DNA of 64,000 nucleotides from a virus. Lineage: Duplodnaviria > Caudoviricetes. Shown piece after piece: positions 8,113 to 18,556 of this stretch. Where the stretch lies: IMG/VR virus record IMGVR_UViG_3300031993_000012, positions 96,001 through 160,000 of that record; one strand, written 5' to 3'. The notes under the pieces are model-generated. The model did no database searches. It worked only from the letters and a program-made list of their open reading frames with translations, and was not told where the DNA came from. The position numbers were made by a program, and so were the translations under genes. The number at the start of each line of letters is the position of its first letter. The first letter of the stretch is position 1.

Positions 8113-10230
8113 TTACTTTACAAGACCTGCGTTGCTGTCAGGAACGAGAGCAGTATTCTTAGCAATGATTCTTGCATCAACACCCTGAACAGTGATCATC
8201 TGATACTGTGAAGATGTTGTGATAAGTACTGCCTGTCCGCCAGGTGAGTTCGGATCCTGGTAACCAGCATTCTCAGGTGAGTTAGTAAGGTGACGAGCGA
8301 ATCTGAGGTGCTTATGTGTGATGTGGAACTTGTCCATCGGATAAGCACAGATCTTCCAGAAGTATTCCTTTGACTTCATGCCAGGCTTGTAGTCAGGATC
8401 ACTTGTCTGGTATGCATCAATGAGTGTGTATGCAGGAACACGGTTAGAAGCAACAACACGAATCGGAACTGACTCATCTGTCATTACACCGAATGCATGA
8501 TTCATCTTTACGCCGCCGATTTCTGTACTCTGCTGAGTTGTCCATGTAACGAACTTCTCAAGAAGACGTGCACTCTTCGGGTTGCTGTAGATAACGAAGC
8601 CGAGGTTGTCGAGCTTACCCTTATCGCAGAGCTCATAGATAGTAGAAGCAATTGCGTTATGAAGTGCATTTGTTCTGTACTCGAAGGGATCGCCAGCGAA
8701 TGAAGGCGAGATGAATGTAGGATCGAAGTCAACGTACTCTGTATGAGTATATGAATCGAGATTCCAGATATTGCTGTCAGCACCATCCCACTCGTTGAAC
8801 TCTTCGTCGAGCTTCTCAAGGATGTACTGATCCTCGAACATCTCCTGAGCTGTTACGAGCTCCTGAACGAGTCTGTTGTAGAGGTTGAAGTTAAGTGAAG
8901 CATTAGCCTCAGCAAAGTCTTCAACTGTGAATGGAAGCTGGAATCTGCATCCGTCGCCGATTGTCCACTTTCTGATCTCAGGATACTCACGGAAGCCGAT
9001 TGTTCTGAGGTTTGTTTCATTTGAAATATAGCCGTTGATATAGAATCCCTTGATTGTGCCACATGCAGAAGCATTGATAAAGCCCTTAACGAAATCAACA
9101 ACACCGGAGAGTCTGTCATCGAATGATGTAGTTCTACCAGTAGCCTTGTTCGTAGTAGGATCAACAACAGTAAGAACCTGTGTAGCATCGATACCACCGT
9201 TCAGGAATACACCGCCGTTCTGGATATCGATCTGGATACCGCCGCGAGGCAGTTTGATCTTAGCATTTGTGATTGCAGCTTCCTGTGAGTAGTATGTGTT
9301 AGCAGCCCATGTAGGAGCAGTACCACCGCCAGCAGGTACCTGAGTATACTGATCTGTACCAGAATCGTATGTGTAGTAATTTGTGTAATCAGTTGCCCAG
9401 TCTGCAGGCTCTTCAGTTGTAAGAACATAAGAAGCAGGAACATCAGCAACAATGTACTTGATGTGGAAATCGTAAGACAGTCTTGTTCTTGGAGTCTTTA
9501 CGAAGTTTACAGGATGATTGCCGTTCTCATCAAGGAGGTACTGAGCATCGAGAAGCTGGAGCTTCTTACCAGGTGCAGCAGCGATAGCAGCAAGAGTAAT
9601 AGGTGTTGTGTCATCCAGACGGAGACCCTTACCTGTGTACCAAAGCTTCTTCCAAAGCTCAGTATCGAAGTAGATTCTAGGAGTCTCGTACTCTTCACCA
9701 GTCTCATTGTTTACGAGATACTTTGTGAAGATACGCTGCTCGATGTTTGTTGAACCAGCTGTAGCAACCGGAATAATATCTTTACCGAGGAACTTGATGA
9801 ACTGCTTAACGAGAGCAGGGAAATCGAGAGTTGAGAGCGGAAGGTATGTTGATACGTTGTAACTTTCCTGAATGAAGTTAGTAACAGCGCCATCCCAAGC
9901 TTGTGAGAGTTCGTCAGCAACTGACTCAAGGTGCATACGCTCTACTTCACTCTCAGTAGGATAGTTTCTGATTTCGTCGCAGATAGGCTCAAGATACAGA
10001 GTCTTGTATTCCTGCATGATCTCAGGGTGATCAAGCATCTTTCTGAAATCAGTTGTAACATTGATGTCATGTGTGTCCTTCATTGTATTTACAGCAGTTT
10101 CCAGATAAGTATCAGCCTTTTCTCTGATTTCCATAAGATCTGAATCAGATGCATTATTAATCATAGACTGCTGTTCCTGGAACCAAGAACCACGATGGTT
10201 TGCACGTGCATATGCCATAATTAAATACAC
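8113..10230 (-). CDS. major capsid protein
   Basis: 705 aa; strongly biased codon usage typical of high expression; downstream of the prohead protease; N-terminal region ends near a putative IQE-S cleavage site; assignment by context. Confidence 0.7.
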   Translation of the reverse strand: MYLIMAYARANHRGSWFQEQQSMINNASDSDLMEIREKADTYLETAVNTMKDTHDINVTTDFRKMLDHPEIMQEYKTLYLEPICDEIRNYPTESEVERMHLESVADELSQAWDGAVTNFIQESYNVSTYLPLSTLDFPALVKQFIKFLGKDIIPVATAGSTNIEQRIFTKYLVNNETGEEYETPRIYFDTELWKKLWYTGKGLRLDDTTPITLAAIAAAPGKKLQLLDAQYLLDENGNHPVNFVKTPRTRLSYDFHIKYIVADVPASYVLTTEEPADWATDYTNYYTYDSGTDQYTQVPAGGGTAPTWAANTYYSQEAAITNAKIKLPRGGIQIDIQNGGVFLNGGIDATQVLTVVDPTTNKATGRTTSFDDRLSGVVDFVKGFINASACGTIKGFYINGYISNETNLRTIGFREYPEIRKWTIGDGCRFQLPFTVEDFAEANASLNFNLYNRLVQELVTAQEMFEDQYILEKLDEEFNEWDGADSNIWNLDSYTHTEYVDFDPTFISPSFAGDPFEYRTNALHNAIASTIYELCDKGKLDNLGFVIYSNPKSARLLEKFVTWTTQQSTEIGGVKMNHAFGVMTDESVPIRVVASNRVPAYTLIDAYQTSDPDYKPGMKSKEYFWKICAYPMDKFHITHKHLRFARHLTNSPENAGYQDPNSPGGQAVLITTSSQYQMITVQGVDARIIAKNTALVPDSNAGLVK

Positions 10231-10290
10231 TCCTTATTGTATATTTGGTGATTTTTTATACTCACCATAGTATTTATTTAGAAAGCAACC

Positions 10291-10872
10291 TTAATCTTCA
10301 TCAGTGTCTACTTTCTTAAGATTAGAATCAATCGAATTCAGCAGAGCTGTATACAGAGTATTCAGTTTATTATAATACATAATATTTTCCCCATAAGCAG
10401 TATCTACGAAATCATTGACTACGTAGCTTTGTCCAGTGAACAAAGCTTGTTTGAGGTCGGTGATAAATGGTTGAATTGCTTTAGTAACATCATAAGGAAT
10501 AACCGATTGAAGTTTATCGATATTCTGTAGGATAGACTCAATTTCTGCATTACGATTAATCATCTGCTGATAGAGTCTTTGGTTAAGAATGTTACTTGCT
10601 TTTTCAGATGCTGAATTATCATCTTTCTGATCTTCATCAGCATCACCATTTTCACCAGTATCACCATTCATAGTTTCTTCTGAATCCATAGGCATTTCAT
10701 CCATGTCATCAGAACTCGGTGGTGCACCGACGAGATCCTCGTCGCCTGTGGAAGCGGATTCCTCCGGCTGATCTGGTGGTGCTGGATTATCAGAAGGACC
10801 TGGGTCAAATGCTTCCAGTTCATCACCTTCAGCTTCCATCACCCATGTGAACAGATCTTTCATTGGATTCAC
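10291..10872 (-). CDS. acidic head assembly/scaffold-like protein
   Basis: very acidic N-terminus, VMEA motif, between protease and capsid genes. Confidence 0.5.
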   Translation of the reverse strand: MNPMKDLFTWVMEAEGDELEAFDPGPSDNPAPPDQPEESASTGDEDLVGAPPSSDDMDEMPMDSEETMNGDTGENGDADEDQKDDNSASEKASNILNQRLYQQMINRNAEIESILQNIDKLQSVIPYDVTKAIQPFITDLKQALFTGQSYVVNDFVDTAYGENIMYYNKLNTLYTALLNSIDSNLKKVDTDED

Positions 10873-10879
10873 CTCCGAA

Positions 10880-13657
10880 TCAAGCTATACTATTAGGATT
10901 TGTTATCTTGGTACGACGTGCAGTAGCTGCCATGTTAACCATCTTATTACGGGTTCTCATGTATTCGTACTTCTTCTTCAATGCTTCAGGAGTACCAATC
11001 TCATCAAGCTTATCGATTTTTTCATCGAGAATTTGAATCTCGGTAATCATTTCACCCTGAACTTCTTTCTTGAGACGATCTTTATCGATTGCTTTGAGAA
11101 CCTGAACACCGGCAACTGCAGCAGCCAGATATCCACTGACTGTCCAGCTAATGCCAATCAGACCAAGTTTGAGAGCAAGTCTTGATGCTTTATACAGCGC
11201 AGTACGATAACTTGGACTCTCGACTATTTGGGCTTTCACTTCATCCTCATCCCGTTTAATCAACGAATCAACAATGTTTGTCATCCATTGTTTAGCTCGC
11301 GACACTGGCTTGAGGGCTGCTCTTGTAGTGTTTATGCCTTTTTCAACTTTTCTCTTTGCCTCCTGTTGAGTCGCTAACAGTTTTCTGTCACGATCCATCG
11401 ATTTGGTAAGAGAGTCCTCCTTTGGAGGGTTAGCACCTGCTGCTTCCGATAGGGGCTCTACTGCTTCAAGAATAGAAAACATCTCATGAACGGATACCCC
11501 GTTCGAGAGTTTATTATCCTGAGAAGCAACAGTATCTGAAGAAGTGTTGCTATTATTATAATTGTTAGTCCCCCGTGAATCGGAGTTGTGGGAATTTGTT
11601 GTGTTTGTCGTAGTTTTATTCACATTTGATGTATTATGTGAATCCGATGAATGAGTGGTTGTTGTTGTATTATGAGAATCATTCTTCTTCTCGATACGTT
11701 TATCACGTGATTCATCTTTGCTATGAGAATTATCATTCTGAGAATTTGTGATATTATTGGAATCACGATTCGATGAAGAGTTATCAATTTCTTCATGTTT
11801 ATTCTGAGAATTATCGTTGGTTGTATTAGTTGTTGTATTTGTAACCGTATGTGTATCGGTACGTGTATTATTTGAATCTTTATTGAATGAATTATTATAT
11901 GTGATATTGTATACAACACCACCATTTTTACCATCTTTACTGATGGGACCTTCGTATCCTTTACCGAGCATTCCTTCAAGTCCTTTATCAGTTTCAGTAT
12001 CCATTCTTTCATCGATTGAATTGGTTAATTCATCATATGAATTCTTAGGTACTCCCGGAGGAACATTCACATCAGTGGTCGTGGGTTCTTTAGGTGTATT
12101 TCCGTCGGATAAATCATCACTTAACGCAATACGGCGTTTAATGTAATCAGGAATCTCACCAGTTTCCTGCTCAGCATAGAAAGTATGTGATTCACCGATC
12201 CAATTATCAATACCGATCTGAGAAAATCCTTCATTATATAATGCATCATTCATTGTTGAAATTTCATCATACAATAAAGATTGATAACCTTCACAATACT
12301 GAATGTCGAGTAATGACATATCACCGAATTCCTTTTCCATTATAGAAGTATACTCTTTAACGGTTTCAGATTTATTCAATGAATTATCTTCCTTCATTTC
12401 ATCAGTATCTTTATACTTCATTGCTTCACGAGAATTCTTATTGATTCTCGCACGAACGGTTTTAATGAACTGATCAACAGTCCCTTCTTTCTTCGACATC
12501 AGATTATACATCAATGTCAAATAAATGTGCGAGTCAAAGATATTGAATAATGTCAGTAATGTATTATTGTTGATGGAACAATTTTCATCATTCAATAAAT
12601 TCAGATTCATGAAATCTTCGATGAATTTAATTGTTGATTCTTTATCGGTTTTGAAACAACTGAACAGATCGTAATTTTTGAAACGACCAGCGCCTTTGTT
12701 TTGTTTGATGATTGACTCATACGAATCAACGTATTTCTTCATTGTATCCTCATCGATATCCGATGATGATTTCTTTGGATTGGTTAATGTTTTTACCAAT
12801 ATAAATGGTGCAACCGTTTGTCCGATGAAATCTGTCATTCCTGTATTAGGCTTGCTGAATAACATCATCAAATCTGCAGTTGAATTACATGCATTCAATG
12901 CATCAACGATTTTACCCGTTAATGCTTTGAACTGTTGAGATACGACCCATTTACCGTTTGCATATTTCAAATGTTTTGGACGATCTTTCTCGAAGAAATC
13001 AATCTCTGCTGCTTCCATCTTGGTTTCATCAACCATGATTTCAACATCTTTAAGATCAGCATGTTTCTTGATACGTTCACTCTCAACAACCTGATCCATG
13101 TTGTTTGGAAGTTGAATCTGGTCGTTATTGAATATACCAGCAACATAATTCTCTGGGTCGAATAACGTAATGTCGATATCATCGTTCAACGCCGATCTGA
13201 GTTCATACAATTCAAGTGGTTGTGAAAATGTTTCAATTACATCAGCATACTTCGAAGGATTAGTAAACAATTCAAATGTATAAATACCATTCACGAGTTT
13301 ACTGAAATCTTCGAAATTGTTTGATATTAATTCAAGTGCTTTACAACCAATGATTGCATATACTTTATCGGCGATATCCTGTGGTAATTGTCCGAGTACA
13401 TCTGGACCATTATATTCTCCTTCGTGTTCACGAATCTCATCCATCATTTCACTCAACTTACTGGGATCCTGAACAAGCTCCGGATCAACATTATTCAACC
13501 AACTGAGAATACCAAGTAATGTTCCATCGAGCTGGATGTCGGATTCTACAGTAGGAAAATTCTTTTTGGTGAAATTAGATGTAATGAAATCATTGACACT
13601 GGATATTGCAGTTGCAACATTATCGAAGTATTCTTTATTGATTATTATCTTTTCCAT
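10880..13657 (-). CDS. putative internal head/virion protein with Asn/Thr/Ser-rich region
   Basis: 925 aa in head cluster; several x-x-E-A/S motifs. Confidence 0.55.
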   Translation of the reverse strand: MEKIIINKEYFDNVATAISSVNDFITSNFTKKNFPTVESDIQLDGTLLGILSWLNNVDPELVQDPSKLSEMMDEIREHEGEYNGPDVLGQLPQDIADKVYAIIGCKALELISNNFEDFSKLVNGIYTFELFTNPSKYADVIETFSQPLELYELRSALNDDIDITLFDPENYVAGIFNNDQIQLPNNMDQVVESERIKKHADLKDVEIMVDETKMEAAEIDFFEKDRPKHLKYANGKWVVSQQFKALTGKIVDALNACNSTADLMMLFSKPNTGMTDFIGQTVAPFILVKTLTNPKKSSSDIDEDTMKKYVDSYESIIKQNKGAGRFKNYDLFSCFKTDKESTIKFIEDFMNLNLLNDENCSINNNTLLTLFNIFDSHIYLTLMYNLMSKKEGTVDQFIKTVRARINKNSREAMKYKDTDEMKEDNSLNKSETVKEYTSIMEKEFGDMSLLDIQYCEGYQSLLYDEISTMNDALYNEGFSQIGIDNWIGESHTFYAEQETGEIPDYIKRRIALSDDLSDGNTPKEPTTTDVNVPPGVPKNSYDELTNSIDERMDTETDKGLEGMLGKGYEGPISKDGKNGGVVYNITYNNSFNKDSNNTRTDTHTVTNTTTNTTNDNSQNKHEEIDNSSSNRDSNNITNSQNDNSHSKDESRDKRIEKKNDSHNTTTTTHSSDSHNTSNVNKTTTNTTNSHNSDSRGTNNYNNSNTSSDTVASQDNKLSNGVSVHEMFSILEAVEPLSEAAGANPPKEDSLTKSMDRDRKLLATQQEAKRKVEKGINTTRAALKPVSRAKQWMTNIVDSLIKRDEDEVKAQIVESPSYRTALYKASRLALKLGLIGISWTVSGYLAAAVAGVQVLKAIDKDRLKKEVQGEMITEIQILDEKIDKLDEIGTPEALKKKYEYMRTRNKMVNMAATARRTKITNPNSIA

Positions 13658-13659
13658 TT

Positions 13660-14505
13660 TTAAATCCCCCTTAAGATGGAGAGGGCTTCACGACGAATGT
13701 CACTCTTAAGAGGAATGACAATTTTTGATGTATCAGCTTGCTCACATATAATGGAAGCATCATTTGAAATGGTAATGATTTCATTTGGTGTGATTTCAAA
13801 TGATTCACAAACAACTGACATATTCTCATCCTGTTCACAACAATACTTTGCAAGTTCCTTAAGAAAGATTACTGTACCTTCCTGAACGGGGTCAATATCT
13901 GCGTTAGCTTCCTGATGAGATGGAAAGTCAACCATATCAAATGTAATGACTTTTGAGACTCTCATATTTGGAGCATTCATTGGTGCATTCGGAAGCATTG
14001 TTCCCATGAGTCGTACAGAGAAAGATGGTTGTGCACCAATATCAATAATCTCTGATGCAACTGCACGTCCACATTCAGTACGTGGATGCGTTGTGATCGT
14101 TGCTTTGTACAAATCACCAACGAATTCATCATCTGATATAAAGTGTGACGTCCTCATTGGTTCCGGGATTGTCATACGAATGTCAGAGTATTGTTGCCCT
14201 TTTATCTCTGGGTTCGGATGATTCAGTTCGCCCCTTAGCTTATGCATCCTGAGCAATTCCTGGTAACGTTCGTCGTTCTGAATTACTGAACGAGCATTCT
14301 CTTTGTCATATCTACGACGCATACGATTATAATGACCGAATGACCACAATGGTGATCTGAAAACACAGTATGGGAGACCTTCACAAGAAGTCTTGATTGT
14401 AAGACCTTTACGCTCAAGACCACTGTTGATGGGAGCTTCCTGAACAAAACATGCCGTTGCATATTTGTCTGTGGCTGTACTCTTTTTCACAAGCATTATA
14501 TTCAT
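13660..14505 (-). CDS. prohead core protease (T4 gp21-like)
   Basis: GELNHP, SH, FSVR and ITFDMVDFPSH motifs. Confidence 0.85.
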   Translation of the reverse strand: MNIMLVKKSTATDKYATACFVQEAPINSGLERKGLTIKTSCEGLPYCVFRSPLWSFGHYNRMRRRYDKENARSVIQNDERYQELLRMHKLRGELNHPNPEIKGQQYSDIRMTIPEPMRTSHFISDDEFVGDLYKATITTHPRTECGRAVASEIIDIGAQPSFSVRLMGTMLPNAPMNAPNMRVSKVITFDMVDFPSHQEANADIDPVQEGTVIFLKELAKYCCEQDENMSVVCESFEITPNEIITISNDASIICEQADTSKIVIPLKSDIRREALSILRGI

Positions 14506-14647
14506 CTACTTTCTATTTAGATTTTCAATGGATGTAAATCTCATTGAATGTTATCCTTTTGTCGTAATGATTAGTGGAGAACCAGGCTATTCTTATTATA
14601 ATATAAAATTAATACAACAGTAACATATTTAAGAAAGGACTGATTCC

Positions 14648-15769
14648 ATGGTTAAAGAACGTTTATGGGTAAAATTAGAATACCCGGATGTAATGAAAGA
14701 CACTTATATGATATCGAATCTTGGTGAAATCAAGAAGATTGATATCGATAAAGTCATCGATTTGTATCACGCTAATAATGGTGTTGAATATGCATTGTTA
14801 TTTGTTGATCCAGATGCACGTAGACGCAACTGTACTAAATATCCGAAACCGAAGAAATTATTCAGATTAGAATTATTAGTAGCTGTGACATTTGTTGAAC
14901 GTGATATGTCATTGGTCGACAAACCTTTGGACATAATGCATATCAATGGTGATAGTAGAGATTGTTCAGCAACGAATCTCAAATGGATTGAAGATGTTGA
15001 AGAATGGCGTGATATTAAGATCAAAGGTGTTATACCAAATGCATACCAAGTTAGCAGCTACGGCAGAATCAGAAACACCGCAAATGGTGAAGTGTTGAAT
15101 ACCAGATATGGTGGAGATGGTTACAGATTGATCTCATTGAAACTTACCGAAAGAACCGCAGCTGGATATGATTGGAAACCATTTAGAATTAATCGTTTGG
15201 TTGCAGAAACATGGTATGGTGAAAATCCGGGAAAAGATGTTAATCATATCGATAGTGATCATTGTAATGATCATTGGAAGAATGTTGAATTTACGACACG
15301 CTCAGAAAACCTTCGTCACGCAGTAGCGGCTGGTAATGTTTCAGCATTACCCGACGATGTTCTCCAGGATATATTTGAAGATTTAAAAAAGACAAATTCC
15401 CCGACTGAGACATACAGAAACATGTGTGAGATCCATCCGATATTACGTAAATATTCAATAGATAATGTGCAAGCTGTGAAACGTGGTTTCTATAATCATC
15501 GTCTTGGATTACCCGATGATTTCAGATTAGCTCCATGTAGACAAACCATTAGTGTTGAAGAAATGGATTTGATTCGTGATAAGTTAATTGAATTCAATGG
15601 TAGTGTCTCGCAGGCATTCAACAGTATTGATACTGAAGAACATCCAAGAATAAAATTCGATACCGTAAAAGATGTGAAACGTCGTCGTTCAGCATATGAG
15701 AAATCAAATAAGTACACGACTGATGATTTTGAACGTATAAGATTGATGTCTCCTAGAGGGAATAATTAA
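14648..15769 (+). CDS. free-standing NUMOD4-HNH homing endonuclease with two tandem units
   Basis: YMISNLG...HINGDSRDCSATNLKW and EEWRDI...YQVSSYGR...HIDSDHCNDHWKNVEFTTRSEN. Confidence 0.85.
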   Translation: MVKERLWVKLEYPDVMKDTYMISNLGEIKKIDIDKVIDLYHANNGVEYALLFVDPDARRRNCTKYPKPKKLFRLELLVAVTFVERDMSLVDKPLDIMHINGDSRDCSATNLKWIEDVEEWRDIKIKGVIPNAYQVSSYGRIRNTANGEVLNTRYGGDGYRLISLKLTERTAAGYDWKPFRINRLVAETWYGENPGKDVNHIDSDHCNDHWKNVEFTTRSENLRHAVAAGNVSALPDDVLQDIFEDLKKTNSPTETYRNMCEIHPILRKYSIDNVQAVKRGFYNHRLGLPDDFRLAPCRQTISVEEMDLIRDKLIEFNGSVSQAFNSIDTEEHPRIKFDTVKDVKRRRSAYEKSNKYTTDDFERIRLMSPRGNN

Positions 15770-15820
15770 TTATCTACATAACATCCGGGTTCGTCCCGGA
15801 TGTTATTCTATTATTCTTAT

Positions 15821-15840
15821 ATTCGATATTTATATTATTT
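15821..15840 (+). promoter_or_regulatory. putative early promoter ATTCGATATTTATATTATT
   Basis: same 19-mer near 48343 and 51920. Confidence 0.65.
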
Positions 15841-15898
15841 AGGTGGACAAATGAAAACACATTTGTTACACACTAATATTGAAAGGAAAGAAGTTAAA

Positions 15899-16564
15899 AT
15901 GAAAATCAGTGAAAACGTTAAAACGCTGATAGAGGATTATGCATATTATTTGAAATATAATGATGATGCTGAAAAGAATCCCGATACTGCGTTGAGAACT
16001 ATAACCGTTGTCGAGAGAAAAACCAACGAGTTTTATCATGTAATTGGTATCGAACATTTCTGTCAAACAAATGTGGTTACGATAAATCTTGAATCAAACA
16101 AGCCACATGATAAGTCTGCTGACAGATATGCATCAGTCAATGGAGATGAATTTGATGATCGTTTCCAATTGTTGGTGGAGTTCGAAAAAGTTCTGTTGAA
16201 TATCACGATAGCGGAAATGAATCGTGAAATATTCACGTTTATACATCCATACTTCATTACATATACGAGAGACTGGAGCTTTGATATTTCTGCAAAAGGA
16301 TGTAAAATAAGTATAAAGTTCTGGGGGAGTTATCCAGAGGATGATAGTTACGACAAGCTTGTGATCAATATTCACACCATTAACGATGTATCGATTAAGT
16401 TATACGGTCGTAATGGAACTACAAGTGTTGACGTGTTCAAGTATAAAAGCGGTAGCGTGACAATTGCTCCTGTTGCTACATATGGTCCATTGAGCGTTGA
16501 TGATATACATGCATTATGCGATAAGGTTGAAGAAATTATTAGGAGGAATAGTTATGAAAGGTGA
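15899..16564 (+). CDS. hypothetical protein
   Basis: GAAAGGA RBS; N-terminal half similar to next gene (EFY-x-x-IG). Confidence 0.7.
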   Translation: MKISENVKTLIEDYAYYLKYNDDAEKNPDTALRTITVVERKTNEFYHVIGIEHFCQTNVVTINLESNKPHDKSADRYASVNGDEFDDRFQLLVEFEKVLLNITIAEMNREIFTFIHPYFITYTRDWSFDISAKGCKISIKFWGSYPEDDSYDKLVINIHTINDVSIKLYGRNGTTSVDVFKYKSGSVTIAPVATYGPLSVDDIHALCDKVEEIIRRNSYER

Positions 16565-17087
16565 AAAGATTATTGAAAATTACAACCACTGTCAGAAGAA
16601 GAACAAACGTTGTGTATGCGTACACAATGAAACAGGAGAATTCTATGATTTGATTGGTATGCAAATAGATACCTTAACCGGCAAACGTCAGATGCTGTTT
16701 GAGAGTGCCTCTGGTGAGACATGTATCACTGCTACTGAGGATGATGTTGAGGATAAGTTCATGTTATTTGATGACTGGCGTGCATATGAAATCAAATATA
16801 AATATTGTGTGTATCCAGCACTCATAACAAATCTCACCAATGAAGATCTGAAAGAAGAAGTTGAAAAAGGTGAACCCATTAAAACACCCATTGCATACTT
16901 CAAATTCAAACAGTACAACATCGACTACACTTTCATCTATGAATGTATATTGACCAATCCGGCTGAGAATATTAACGATACATTCATTGTCCGCATGACT
17001 ATGGATGATTTAGAAGATGCTATAGCACATCCGGTAGAAGTTGCTGAAAGATATTATAATGGTAGAAAGAAGTATTTGAGCTGGTGA
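16554..17087 (+). CDS. hypothetical protein
   Basis: AGGAGG RBS. Confidence 0.7.
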   Translation: MKGEKIIENYNHCQKKNKRCVCVHNETGEFYDLIGMQIDTLTGKRQMLFESASGETCITATEDDVEDKFMLFDDWRAYEIKYKYCVYPALITNLTNEDLKEEVEKGEPIKTPIAYFKFKQYNIDYTFIYECILTNPAENINDTFIVRMTMDDLEDAIAHPVEVAERYYNGRKKYLSW

Positions 17088-17091
17088 TATT

Positions 17092-17412
17092 ATGAAGAAA
17101 TGCGATAAAACAATAACCGTTACAGATTATGGCGGTTATGAACACGAACAATCAATCAAAGATTTCATCATGGATTCGATACCACTGTTGTTGATGCTTG
17201 GAATGATTATACTTGGACTTGTACTATCACTGGATTATCAGAAGAACAAACCTAAATACGTCAGTGCAGTAATAGTTGGTGATCCTTCAATAGTCGTTCA
17301 TATTGACCACTATACATCTGATAACGGTAGATACATTTTATATGATAAAGATGGTTCTGTGTATAGTGCCGATAAGTCTAAAGTCGTATTCTATAATTAT
17401 GATAAGGAGTGA
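17092..17412 (+). CDS. small membrane protein
   Basis: one hydrophobic segment IPLLLMLGMIILGLVLSL. Confidence 0.7.
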   Translation: MKKCDKTITVTDYGGYEHEQSIKDFIMDSIPLLLMLGMIILGLVLSLDYQKNKPKYVSAVIVGDPSIVVHIDHYTSDNGRYILYDKDGSVYSADKSKVVFYNYDKE

Positions 17413-17418
17413 TGATGT

Positions 17419-18093
17419 ATGAGACATAAACTTCATACCATGTTAGAGAAGAAACTTACGGAGTTGGAAACGGCATACTTAGGTTCTATGTTTGAAACAT
17501 TGTTGGAATGTTCAGATGAAAACCAGAGATGGGATTATCATGCCGCTAGAAATGCAGCTCGAATGTATTCTAAGAATCTCGTGAAGAGACTTAGAAAAGA
17601 AAAGGTTATAACTAATTCAGATGAATGGATTTGTAAATATCTGAATTATGCTATTATCGTTCTCCAGAACGCAGGAACTCTTGTTTTCAAGAAACACAAG
17701 ATCGATCGTGTGTTGTTCGATAATCATAACCTTCGAGTGTATAAACCCATGACGGATGAAGAACTGACTGAATGTCGTGAATACTTTGGTTCATCATTCG
17801 TAGATAAAGTAACACAGGATGAGCATCCTGTGTTCAACGCAATGATGGACCATAGTAAGCGCCGTGAAGAACTCCGTGCAAAGCTTCCTGGAATGGAATC
17901 AATGTTCGATGTATGGGACAGAGAACGTGAATGGTTGAATTCAAATTCCAAAACAACTGAATCCAATGTGAATGTTTTGTATGCTGAACCATATGAGGTG
18001 GAAGATGATTTAGTAATATCTGAATCAGCAGCAAAAGCTTTATGTGAAAAGGTTGCAAGAATTCGTAAGCTCCAGGAAAAGAAGCGCTCATAA
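17419..18093 (+). CDS. hypothetical protein
   Basis: AAGGAGTGA RBS. Confidence 0.7.
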   Translation: MRHKLHTMLEKKLTELETAYLGSMFETLLECSDENQRWDYHAARNAARMYSKNLVKRLRKEKVITNSDEWICKYLNYAIIVLQNAGTLVFKKHKIDRVLFDNHNLRVYKPMTDEELTECREYFGSSFVDKVTQDEHPVFNAMMDHSKRREELRAKLPGMESMFDVWDREREWLNSNSKTTESNVNVLYAEPYEVEDDLVISESAAKALCEKVARIRKLQEKKRS

Positions 18094-18109
18094 CGGGCGC
18101 TTCTTTTTT
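18077..18109 (+). terminator. intrinsic terminator
   Basis: AAGAAGCGCTC/GGGCGCTTCTT stem followed by a T-run. Confidence 0.8.
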
Positions 18110-18122
18110 GCTATTTTTTGAC

Positions 18123-18185
18123 ATTCTACATATATTATTCTTATGGATAGATACGAAAGTATTTATTACATTATAAACGAAAGGA
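18123..18185 (+). promoter_or_regulatory. early promoter plus GNRA-hairpin leader, duplicated at 54516-54580
   Basis: TATATTATTCTTATGG then ATAGATAC-GAAA-GTATTTAT then TACATTATAA and GAAAGGA. Confidence 0.65.
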
Positions 18186-18193
18186 TGTTGTTT

Positions 18194-18556
18194 ATGGAAA
18201 TGAACAAACAAATCGCTGATCTTATAACAGATATTGTCACAATAGTCAAAAAGACAACTGACGGAATGCCAGTTGACGAACGTATACGTCGTTTGATGTA
18301 TACATTTATCACTGTAAAAGGTGATCCCAAACTAATTATGTTTGGAGAAACCAATGCCACTATATATGGAATGATGTATGGTATTGATTTAGATTATGCA
18401 AAAAAGATTTACAATAACGATCTCGAATTCACCATACTCCGTCAGTTGGGTCTCGATGAAGTTACGATTGCCAACGATTTAATTCGGTTCGGTGAAAACT
18501 TCCTTGAGGCATCAAAAATGTTGAATGAAAAGGTTGGTGAGATTAATAATGGATGA
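18194..18556 (+). CDS. hypothetical protein
   Basis: GAAAGGA RBS supports start at 18194. Confidence 0.7.
   Translation: MEMNKQIADLITDIVTIVKKTTDGMPVDERIRRLMYTFITVKGDPKLIMFGETNATIYGMMYGIDLDYAKKIYNNDLEFTILRQLGLDEVTIANDLIRFGENFLEASKMLNEKVGEINNG

Noticed and set aside
8497-10143. Overlapping short ORFs in and opposite the capsid gene, and similar shadow ORFs elsewhere
   Set aside because: Explained by codon bias of the real genes; no RBS or motifs
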